A DNA stretch of 64,000 bases from positions 22,572,848-22,636,847 of the forward strand of contig CM120643.1 of assembly GCA_051362555.1 (NCBI GenBank). The letters are read 5' to 3'. This document shows, one piece after another, positions 24,825-37,300 of the stretch. The translations under genes and the position numbers were made by a program. Source of the DNA: Lingula anatina. Lineage: Eukaryota; Animalia; Brachiopoda. The notes beneath the pieces are model-generated. The model did not search any database, was not told the DNA's origin, and saw only the letters and a list, made by a program, of their open reading frames with translations. Numbering within the stretch: the stretch's first letter is position 1; every line of letters begins with the position of its first letter.

Positions 24825-27800
24825 ACACACATATGAACACACATTTAATTTAATTAAATTTAATTCTCAAAACCCTAGTGTATCAAATTGCCAGTAGACT
24901 AAAAACTTTTTAGCACATACTGCAACCGTGCTATCTCTTCCAGGACGGTACGTCAGTGTTTGCCAGTGGGGTGGACCCTGCTCTCGCACAGTTTGAGTAC
25001 ACAGCTGCACAGGCCAATAGCGACTGGAAGATGTGGGTGAGGTCAAGCGTACGCAATCAGCACACACATGACGTGCGTGCAGTCACAATAGCTGGAGATA
25101 GTGTTATATCAGGAGGTTTGTGACAACGTGTGATTTCTGATGTTTCATAATGGAGTCATGGAGGGAGGTTTATGTGTCCTATTTCTTTTCTTGTTTTGGT
25201 AGTTTAGAATGAGAGAATGTTTTGGTTTAAAAAACCTGTGATTTTTAAATGTACACAATCAAATAATCTGAATGTCCAGTAGTCAAAAAGGCAGGTATCT
25301 GTCTTTTATTATTTTTATTTATTTATTAATTTATTTATTTATTTTAAAAATTGAATTTGTAGCATGTTTTGAAAACCATGGTTTGGAAGTGATAGGGTTT
25401 ATAGAGGGGAAATTATGCACATATGCTGAAAAATATTTTTTTAATAAGTTTGTTTTTGTTAGTTCTTCGTTGATAGAAGAGAAACCTCTTTCACCACTCA
25501 CTCTCTCTATGTACGTCAGCAGTTTAATAGATCAGCTGTTATTGCAGGTGTTGACTGCCAGTTAATAGTTAACAAGATTACCAAGAAGAAAGGCAACAAA
25601 AGATGGAGGAGAATCCCTCCCGTGCCACAGGTAGCGCAGCCTCTAATACATAAAAAACAAACCTCCTCAGACTTGTTTCACAAAGAATCTGAAGTTGAAG
25701 ATAGGTCTGAGCTTAACCTTCTAAGAATCTTATGAGTTGGGTTGCATTTCACAAAGATTCTAATAGTATGTTTACCTTGCTTCTTTTAGCCTTAATTGCC
25801 ACAGTTGAATAAAAGTAGATTACACAAATACTTTGTGAAAAGGGCATTGTCAAGTAGAATGTTTGAATTTTTTTCATGTAAAAAAAAGATATTTTTATTT
25901 CAGAGTCAGCAGTTAGTTGATGTGGCTCCTGATGCCAATGTTGTGATGTTCCAGTATACAGATTTCTTAGAATTGTGGAAATTAGGATCTACCAATAAAA
26001 CATCTGGTAAATAATAAGTGATTTTTTTTATATAAAAGATCTTTAAAGCCATCACACACAAATTGTTTAGATAGTGGATCATTATGAAGTAAAGTGAACT
26101 CATGAACCATAAGCATATTTTTTATTTTGCTAAAAATAATATAAAATAATAATTATAATAATAATAATAATTTTTATAATTAAAAAAACCCTTTTATGCA
26201 CATTTTTAAGAACTGAAAGCGGAACACTATAGAATGAAATGAACTCAATTGAATGATTTGTGATGCAATATCACCTTTTTGTTAGACAAAGATGGCGAGA
26301 TACTCCAGCTGAAAAACAACCCAGTGAAACTGCTTCAGCTGAAGTCAAAGGGCAATGAGACCATTGTGACGTCTGCCATTTCCAGCAAGGCAAACTTTGT
26401 GGCTTACTCTGATTCAGACAGTATAAGGCTGTATCAAGTCTCCATTGTAAGTTATCCTGCCACTATCTCTTTAGTTTGCACCTTTACTCAGATAAAAAAT
26501 ATATAAATATATTATAATATATTACAATCCATTAACATAGTGCATAGTAATTGTGATGCAAGCTGAACATAGTGCACCATATTTACCTTACAAGATGAAA
26601 TCAGATACTTACTTTGGAGTTCCAATTACACCAAAATGGGTCTCCAAAATGGGAAATGAAAAAGATCCTTTTTTCACTGAAAATCATCGAAGACTGTTGT
26701 TGCCATATACCATAACTGTTCTTATCTGCAGGTGGAATCGGAGGAGATTACTCCACAAGTATCTGTCCAACGCCTGCGAGACGTTCCGATGTCGCTACTT
26801 CCTGCCCATGTGTTGTGTTTCGCCAGGGATGGCGGCCTCTTGATCTCAGCAGCCAGTAATGGCACCATTCAATACATGTCTACAGATAAGCTTGAGGCAG
26901 TGACGATACAACCACCAGGTTGGTACAGTTTTTTTAATGTGGTCTTTTTTGAGTGAATTTTTTTATGTGAGAGTTCTTCGTAAGGCTGATCAACAGCCTT
27001 TCTTCAAGTTGATTTGGTGACTGCCTGCCACTATACATGATTACATAGTTATCAATTTTGAACAAAGAAAAGAAATTTTCTAAACAATTAATACAAGATT
27101 GTGAACAAGACAATGTCATTTCTTTGATTTATGTTTGTGATTGAAGGAACTCTCAGTAATACAGGTATTGTCTAGTTATTGACAGGCCGACATTCAAAAT
27201 TGTCAGAGAGCTGAAAACATTAATCACATGCAGACAATTTAAATTGTTCTAAGTTTACAAGGAGATGTATTCAATTTATTGAGAAATGTTTCTAGGGAAA
27301 TTTGCTCCAATCCACCTGCTGGCAGTCAGTGCAGACCAGAGGTTCCTGGCCACAGGAGACCATGACAGCAATGTTCATGTGTATGACCTTCAGAAACAAA
27401 AGGTAAATAAAAAACATGGAATGTGTTTTTGTTTTATTCGGAGTCAAAGGTTGAGAAAGCTGTTCATCAGGTTGATTTGACATTGGAAAAAAAACTTACA
27501 TTTCAATGTTGGAATTGTGAAAAATTAAACACAAAGATTTTGTTATGCTTAAACATTTTTTTCTTTTCTGTGTCATGGCGACATTCTTTTTTTTTTTTTT
27601 TTACCCTATTCCCAGAGATTAGATCAATTCAAACTAGATCAACCTAATTCCCTGGGGGTTCACGCTAAATAGCTGTCAGCCGAGCGGGCACAAATGATAA
27701 TTACCCCCTTACAGCTTGTAGTAGGCGGGACAGACATTTAAGCCGGATTATCTTACAGTAATCTAGTGAGACTCCCCACGGGGATAGATCGATCTAAAAT

Positions 27801-28311
27801 CTATGGGAAGACGCCCTTAGTGAAACCATCTGCATTTACATCAACTTTCATCTCTACACTTTTATGAATATGCACAACACAAACATTTTCTACTCAGTTT
27901 GATTCCATTCATTTAAACAGATATTGTATTATTTGTGATGTGGTTAATCACAGATTTTACTTTTTATGAACAGACAGTGTTTGGACATAATGGCCATCCC
28001 CTGTGTCTGTTGTTGCTATTGCCATGCATTTTCCTAATTGGCCTGTACTTTCCTCCCATTGTTAACACAGTGTAAGGAAAACCATGCCACTTGTATTATT
28101 CTTAAAGTTATATAACTGACTAGTAGGACTAAAATACAGTACATTTATATTGTAAGATCAGCAAGATTATATGTGATCATATGGTGTTATTGCATCCACA
28201 GCATCACTGCAGCCTTCCCCATGCAGACAACCAGCCAACAGCACTCTCCTTCCATCCTGACACTGGGGACCTGGTTGTAGCCTACTGTGATCAAAAGGTT
28301 AGGATGAAGGC

Positions 28312-28347
<36 letters not shown>

Positions 28348-31300
28348 GTGTGTGTGTGTGTTTCTGTGTTGTAAGGCTTTTTCTGAAAGAGAGAGAATGT
28401 GTGTATGTATGTGCATGTGTTTATAAATTTATATAGAAATCATCTGCAAAGGCTGTTATGTAGCTCACAGTATTAAGAAAATTTTTGAATGATATATTTT
28501 ACTATTTTCCAGCTATACTTGTACTTTTTTTCCAATTTCTCCCTAAAAAATGATTCCACAGTGCAGACAAAAAAGAATTAAAAGTACATCACAGAGTACA
28601 TAACACACTGGGTTTTTTATATTTAAGTTTACATGATTGCATGCTTGTTGTGTAATTAAGCAATTTGATACGAATTGCGTGAAAAGTTAATGGCAGAGAA
28701 TTATCCCTAGCTGTAGGTGTTACGTCATGGTATATGTTTTTGATTAAACCGCAAGTGAGGCATGAGTGCATTGAGTTCTCAAGTACTTTATCAGTGGTTT
28801 TTCTGCGTGTCACCCCTGTTTTTAATAGGCCTGACTCAGTAACATATGATCGATTGTGTGGTTTACAGCATCAGCGTAATGCCAAGTGCACGTAATTTTC
28901 TAAAAAAACCAGTCATCTCCCCTGTTCTAAATAACATCTATAGGTTCTATACCTGAAAGATAATTTCTGTGGTCTTTTAATGACAAGTTGTTATTTGCTG
29001 GGCACTATGAAAATTGAGCACAGAATGCCTGTCTGCCCATTGTCCAATGGTTGCACTTATTTCTACAACAAAATGAGCTAGCCAGTCCTCCCCCCCCCCT
29101 CCCCCCTTAACCCCATAAGGCCGGTAACCGCACATGTGCGGTTCTTTCTTAAAGGTCCCTAGGGCCGGTTACCGCACATATGCGGTTATAACTTTTCGTG
29201 CTTGTTATGTCACCTTTTGTTACCTGACATTCAATAAAGACACTTTAAAAGCACCTGGTTGTATGTTGTCTGTCAGTTCAGTCATAATTGTTCCTCCTCT
29301 AAGGTTGTTAATCGCCAGAAATCGTGATTTTATCACACCCTGTTAAAGCCGCTGTCACCAGGTGAATTCAAAATGGCTGAGCGCAGTAGAAAGAGACGTA
29401 TGGCAGTTGAGAATGTGTTAGAATTACTTGAAAACTCTGATGATGATGGTGAAATGTTTAGTGATACAGAGAGTGAAGATAATGATGAAGATATGCCGCT
29501 ATCGAGATCAGCATGCCGGAGAGATGACTCTGATGCAGAGCCTGAAATAGACGCCGCTTCCTTCACCGACGACGTCGCACGTCAGGTTTATGTAGACACA
29601 CCTGAACAAGAAGAGTGGAGTGAAGATATCACAAACAGAAATGACGCTAATATCAGATTTAGAGGAAAACCTGGTCTGTCCCCAGATGCTATTGAGCAAG
29701 AAAATATCCAGTCAGCTACGCCTGGTACACTTTTTAGTTTATTTTTTACAAACACCCTTCTGCTGCTGATATGCACCCAGACCAACCTGTATGCCACTCA
29801 GGAGAGAACAAGAGCGCCCGATCAACACAAGTGTGCATGGACAGAACTAACCTTAGATGAACTAAAAGCCTGGCTTGGCATGATTTTTGCAATGGGACTT
29901 GTGGTGAAAACTAACATCAAAGACTATTGGACTAAGAATTGGCTGATTTCTTCACCTGGATTTGGAAAAATAATGTCCCGCGATAGATTTCTTGCTATCC
30001 TACGTTACATCCATTTTGTGGATAATGAAACTGCAATATCAGACAAAAACAATCCGGATTATGACAAACTTTATAAAATACGATCAATTTTGGACTATCT
30101 GGTGAAAAAAATAAGAACAGTGTACTCTCCAGAAAGGGAAATTTCGCTCGACGAAAGTATGATTGCTTGTAAGTCACGCTTTGGATTTAGACAATTTATG
30201 AAAGACAAACCAATCAGATGGGGCATGAAAGTTTTCATGCTTTCAGAGTCTATTTCTGGGTATATACTAAACATGCAAGTTTACACAGGAAAGAATAAAG
30301 AAGGAAGTGAACTGGGAGCTACCCATGATGTGGTCATGTCCGTGACGGCACCTTTTCTTGATAAAGGACACCATGTTTACATGGACAATTATTACACTAG
30401 CGTACCTGCCTTTCAATCTCTTTTGCAAAGATCTACCCTTGCCTGTGGGACTGTTAGACCCAACAGAAAAGGTTTACCAAACACGATGAGCAGTAAATCC
30501 AGTGACGTGAAACTAATGAACAGAGGAGATGCCATACACATGTACAAGGGATCGTTTACTGCTGTGACATGGAAAGATAAAAAACCGGTGACTCTTCTGA
30601 CAACCCTTCCAGTCGCTAATACATTTGACTCTGTGCAGCGTTCAGCCAAAATCAATGGGAAATGGGAGAAAATCAATGTGCCTCGCCCTGTGTTAGTGAC
30701 TTCCTATAATTCAAACATGGGAGGTGTAGATCTCTCTGATCAAAGAATAAATGCTCATAAACGCCTTATGCGCGGTGTGGTCTGGTACCTGAAATTGTTT
30801 TGGTTTCTTTTAGATGTGGCAAGGGTAAATTCCTACATATTGTATAAAAAAACAAGTGGAAAAAACATTAAAATGAAAGACTTTACTAGAATGTTGTCTG
30901 AAGAATTAATTGGTAATAATGTTTCGGAGACAGGGCAGAGAAAAACACTTGCTGCACTTCCTGAATGTGTGCGTCGTAATCGCAATATGAACCATGCTCC
31001 TGCACTTGCCCCAGATAAAAAGAGAAGTGCTTGTGTAGTCCATGTTCAGCGTGTTGATACTTGTTACACCTGCAGTGTATGTAAAGTTAGAATGTGTCCT
31101 GCCCCATGTTTCTACAGATATCATTACATGGCAGATTACCTGTACAATGATCCTGATAGAACAGATTCTCCAAAAAACAGGAAAAGAAAAAGAAATGTCT
31201 AAATTTATTTTTGCTACACTGTGTGTACATTTACTCTATGATGTCTAAGCTGATTTTGTACTTTTGATTTTGTACAAATGTTTTTGATAGGCATTTGTAA

Positions 31301-34300
31301 GTGTTTTTGTTTACTTGATAGAATTGATTGCCTGATATTTTCATCATATTTGTGCCTCGTGTCTCTTTATTTGCATGGCTTGTGATACAGTATTATTGTG
31401 CATGTAATGATATTGTGATTTCATTCCAGTTTAGCTGGTTAACATTTTTATGGTGCTTTATTTATTTCTAGAACTTAGAGGGTTTAGTTTAATTTGACTT
31501 GAAATATTTTGATATCCGTTTACATTTGCAGCTACATTTATCTGGTGCTTAGTATTTTATACGATGTTTCCTTCACATGAAAACCATGCATTTGATAATC
31601 TTTTTTTTTTTTACACTGTGCTTTTAAATTAATTTTATAAGTGATGCTCAAGGGATTTTTTCTCATTTTATTTGTGCTGATATAAATGTTTTTGATCTCT
31701 TTATTGTCTTTGTAGTACTAGTTTATTTTTCTACGTTTTTGTACAAGGCTTAGATACGTGAATAAATATGCATTTGGACTCTATTTGTGTACTTTGTCTT
31801 TGTCCTAGTTCAGAGCATGCCCTTCCTGGCTAGCTGACGCTATAAAAGGTGATTGTTAGCTAATGAAAGGTGTCAAGTTTGTTATCAGAATAGCCCATCT
31901 CACCACCTATACCTACTTCAAGGTGAACTAATTATCAACTGCCAATTACACCTGCCGGCAGCAGTAAACATGACTCATACGGTCAGATAAATATCTTCCT
32001 GACTTACGCAGAAGATAAAGACACGTAATGTCGAAAAATTGGGTTACATTTACCCAACATCCGAAGGTAACAATGCGCTTTATGAACTGAAGTAAACTCC
32101 ATTCCATTTTATGAAACATAAAATCTGATATGTTATACTGGCGAAAAATCATTCATTGATGAGGCGATATTGAAAAGGCAATTCGTAGTACTGCCACTCG
32201 GAAAATTTAAGGATTAATTTAGAATAATTCAGGTGTCAGCTTTGTAATTATAACACCCTATCCCCCTCCCCTGTGAAACATCCAGGTGAACAAAATTGCC
32301 ATGCTGTTAGACCTGTTGACTGTAAACAGACTGTTACTTATAAAATATCTAAGATATCTCGTTGGAATTTCAGTGGATAAGAACAAATAATGTGAAATGG
32401 TTTTGCCTTATTTCCATCATAAAAATAGCCATTATTAAATGAAATGAGCGACATAATTTTATTTCAGAATATGAAAATTAATCAGTATATATGTATATAC
32501 CTGTATATATCATCCCGTATCATTCATAAGGAAACGAGACCTTTTTTGTGGCAGAATTGGAAAGTTTCGTGAAAGTACCGACTTTCCATGAATATATAGA
32601 TTAGATAAGTTATTCGAGAAATTTAGGTGTCAGCTTGTAATAAGAACACCCTATCTCCTTGCGCAGCGCAACGACCAGGTGAGCTAAATTGCCAGTTAGA
32701 CTTATCGACAGTAAACCGGCTGTAACTCAAAAAGTAAATAGAATATTTCCCTGAAATTTTCGGACGATAAAGGAAAATAATGTGACATTACTGAGGTAGA
32801 TTTACAAAAATGTACTTGAATGAAAAGAAAAAATATCCTCAGTGAAATTGGAAAAAATAAATAAATTTTATTTAGAGACCGTTAAAAAAGTGACATTTAA
32901 AAGACTATATTTTCTTTATTCAATCATATTCCTACATTTAGTGGTCATAGAAATAGAGCCGTAAATATTGGCTTTTTAAAAATGTATATGTCAAGTAGGT
33001 TTTGTTGACGAAATAAGTTGTAATTAGTGATTCTGTGAGATAACCCCCTATTCAGCAGTCACAGACTCAAAGACCCTCAGGCCCAAGCCCGCTTTCTAGG
33101 TCACCGCTAGCCAGGGCCTATGGGGTTAACATCATGCACAATTCCCCTATACCAACATACAGTTGTCACCTGCTGGTGCATCTGCCATTTGAAAGAGAGT
33201 CACCATCAGTACTATATATATTTGGAGCTGTCCATGTGTTTTTGCATTGGAAATTGAATAACACGATTTAGGCAAGCTGGTTTGTGGTTGTTACCCTTCT
33301 GTCTGCCTTCTGTTGACTCGTGTTAAAAGAACAAATAACTTTCAAAGTACATTTTATGTAATATAGAAACTGGCTTCCTGTTTCTTTTGGTGAATATTAT
33401 GACACCATTAACGCGTAGGCCGCTAATGATGGGATGGTTATGAAATGCGTTTACTTTATGTAACAATAAAGCAGGGGGTGATTTGTGGTTTGTTTTGACA
33501 AAAATAGACATAAAAGCACTTATGTGATTGTATTTTGTGGCACAATAGAATGCCAGATGATTTGCAGTTTGTTTTGAGGACGTTGGCACAGAGATTCCAT
33601 ACTTTTGTGGCTGTATCTTGTTTCTCAGGAAGAGATAGTTTGGGGGTTGTTTTGACAAAGCAAATATCAAAAGTGTTTTATGCTTTCACTGTATAACAGA
33701 ATAGAACACTGTGACAATCAGCTCTGTTTGTTTTGAGGAATATTGACTTAGAAACTGTGAATGTGCAATTATGAATAAACGCAGACCCATGTGTCTCCTA
33801 TTTACTCTTATTAAATGTGAAATTTTAATCAACATGATATGTACCAGTAGGCATGCAACTTATCATCTCTTGTTTAATACAATTACGTAATCCAGTAAAG
33901 TCAGCTACGCAGAGTGCAGGGGGTGGTGGTGGTGGGGGCGGGGGGTTACTGTGAGCTCTACAAGGTATAAAATCAATGGTGAAATAATAATTCACTATTG
34001 GTGATCTGATGACCATGGTCATTTAGACCAAAACCTTAAAAGATATGAGTCCAAGTCTGAATGGATGTGGATCGGTATCTCATTTATTTGCACCCCACAT
34101 GCTCTGCATGATGTAATGCATATACCATATCCACTTAACTTACTTCACCTGGTAACACCTGTCCAATGTGGCTGCCACCTGGGGGTCTTAACCAAAGCAT
34201 ATGGGGCATATTTACAAGGTGTGTTCTTGCTTCTCGGAACCATTAGTATTGAGTCGCTTCCAAGAACCGCACGGTGATTCTGGAACGCCTGGTATCTATT

Positions 34301-37300
34301 ACTGTTAACCATTAGTGGCAGGGCCGTATGGAATTAGAGCTGCTGCTGAAAAAACACCCCAGGTGATGCAAATGGACAGGTTTTGTCTGGTTATGATTTT
34401 AATTGCAAACGGTTATGATTTCAATGGTGATGTTATTTTCGGACTCAACCACTTGCAGACAGATTAGTCAGCCTGACTTGTTTGAGTTTGGCATGCGTCT
34501 TTGCATGGCATCTGCAGCTTTTCTTTCTGGGGTTCATTACTGCCGAAGGCCTCTAGTTATATATATAAAGTTTCTGTGGAAAGGGTAGAACAGTTGTTTT
34601 TGATTTGGTAATGTTAGCGCAATGATGTAATAAGAGTGAGCGATATTGGATCTCTCTAAAAGAGCAGGGTAATAGGTTTGCCATGCTATTTTTATTTGCG
34701 GCTTGATGTTAAGCTCTTATTATATCTTTCTCCGTAAATAGAGGTGACTGTCACCGCATAATCTAAAACAAAATTATTATCTAACAATGGCATGCTTGTT
34801 TCTTTTTGTGTAGTATTATTCAGATCAGTAACATAGGAGATATAAATACTCCTTCATGGGCCAGTAGTGTGACATATCATTCAAAAATTCTACATTATTT
34901 TAAACTTTGTTTCAGTGAAATAATTTATCAACGATAACTTAGTAGATTTCTTAAGAAATAGACAAGCTAGGGCTTATTAATTTGGAACAAAAGTTTAATT
35001 TTCATGGACGTCTTGGACATGTTGGCGACTTTTTCACTTTGAACCACTTTTCAAAGTCATGGATGTCATTTCGGGCAAATTTGTGATCTTTGATGTCTCT
35101 GTAGAACATTCAAATAGTTGAACACAATATTAGCAAAACTTTGTAGGCATGGGATTTGGAGGGATTAAAAGTTTTGGGAAAAATCACTTTGGCCTGTGTA
35201 GCACTTATGATAGAAGTCTGTCAACAGTAAAAAAGGATAATAAAATATTGTATATTATATTATATATTTTTAAGGTCACCTAGTGTGGCTGACTTTTAAA
35301 ATTATTTTTCCCCTAAAGAGTCGGATATAATGATCACAAATTCTATCTAGGTGTCAATCATTCTATGCAAACCATTCTCTTTTTGTGCCATATTCAGCAG
35401 ACTCAGACAGCTTGATGTATTTTCAGACCCCTATGAATACTAATAAGTAGGCTAAGCACACTTGGGAACTCTACAAAGGGAAAAAAGTATCAAAGAGGCG
35501 TTAGGTAACCACTGTGACAATAAGAGTTAAACACACACGAGGCTGTTGTGACGCTATCAAATGTAGGTCATGGTGACACCAGGTTTTTTTCTTAAATGAC
35601 ACTTTTGTCCTTTGTAGGGCAGAATCTGAGGAGTGTGTGTGCGTGTCACAATATGATGACACCAGGTTGCAACAAAAAATTCAAAATATAATGAGAAGTA
35701 TAGCAAAAGCTTATTTGCAATCGTTTTTCCGTTTATGATAGCTAGGTGACTGGATTCTGCACTGTTCTGCTAATCAGTAACTTTCTTTTTTTTTGTGGCC
35801 TGAACACAATGGGATCTATTGTGCTAATGTCATAAGATTTATGAATTCTTCTTTGTTGCCGAGAAAATTAAATAGTCAGGATCTAATTTCTCTACAGTTT
35901 GGTACAGATAATTCCTATTGATAATCATACAGTGACTGAGCCTGATGATAAAGAGAGTCTTGGAACCACAATTGGCATTTAAAACCCCATATCACACTGC
36001 TATATTACGTTACTCAGGAGATCCTGGTATGGGAAAGTTATGAATAATTTGGTTATCATATTATATAATCGTTTTATCTGGTGACAGTTTCTGAAGGTTA
36101 GGCCTTATTTGTCAAGGTATGCAACAACCTTCCCCTAAAGCATGAATTCCTTCAAATAAAAAAGTATAAAAAATGCACAGCATTAGTATTACCATGTTTA
36201 AAGGAAAAAAATAAATAAAATGAGAAGCTTGGTAGAAAAACTATTTCCTCACGGTGACATAAACCTAAAATGGGTGTTGTTGGGTCTTATTAGGAAGAAG
36301 TTGGGTGCCCTTTGATGTTTGAATGAAAAAAATTGTACATCAGCAATGAGTTTTAGGAACTTAATAATTTTTCCACAGAACAGCCATTGTAGCTGTATGT
36401 CTGCCTATATATAGCTGTCCTGTTGCTATAAAATTGTGTAATATAATTCTGATTCAAAAATGCTCTCCCTCTAATTCTGCCTAAATTTGGGGTCACGAAG
36501 AGCATTTTGGCTTCCATTCATATTCCCCTTGCCAGGAATTCTTTTCTCGATGTTCGATGTCCATTTTGCTAAGGGGGGCTACAGTTGTGGCTGGCTTTTG
36601 TCATGTGTAGTTGTGTATATTAAGACTTAGGGGACATTTTTCCATCATTAATTTTTAATGAAATTCATAACTGAATATTCATTTAATATGTAAAGTATAT
36701 TTCGAAATTTCTTTGTCATTTTCCATTCCACTTCCCCACCCTCACATACCCCCTCTTCCTACGAAAAAGTATTGAGAAAGGTGATCAGATAAATTATGTG
36801 CAGTGATAACTCTTGTATACTTAAAAGAAAAAATATATATATTAGTTATATTTTTCTGTTTTGCAGATAGTGGAATTTAACACAGTAGATAAAGAATATA
36901 CCTCTTGGTGTCGCCAGTTGCTTTCACATCTCCCCTCCCAGTGGAGCAGACGACACAGTAAGATCAACCATATCGCCTTCAATCCAAAGGCTCCACACCA
37001 AATATTGCTTCACGATGAACAGATGCTGTGTATACTGGATAAAACTCAGGTACAGTAATTACTTAAAATTTTCAATTGCCTCATTTTTTTTGTTTTTTTA
37101 CTGATTTGTTGTTTTCGGATACCCACAACAGCTCACTTTCTAGCACAAGGGCTACTTAACTAACTTGTCAATGCTTTTGAATCAACAGGTTGTAACAGTT
37201 ATAATTTTAATGAACCGTACTGGAAAGAAAATGACTCATTCATGTTGCTCAAATATATGGAGCAATCACCGTAGACCCAAGTAACATGGGTCTTTATAAC

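Larger units (their letters stand above)
29111..33125 (+). mobile_element. Full-length piggyBac DNA transposon (4015 bp) in UTP4 intron 14
   Basis: TTAA(29107-10)|CCCCATAAGGCC ... GGCCTATGGGG|TTAA(33126-29). It encloses an intact transposase ORF. Confidence 0.92.
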
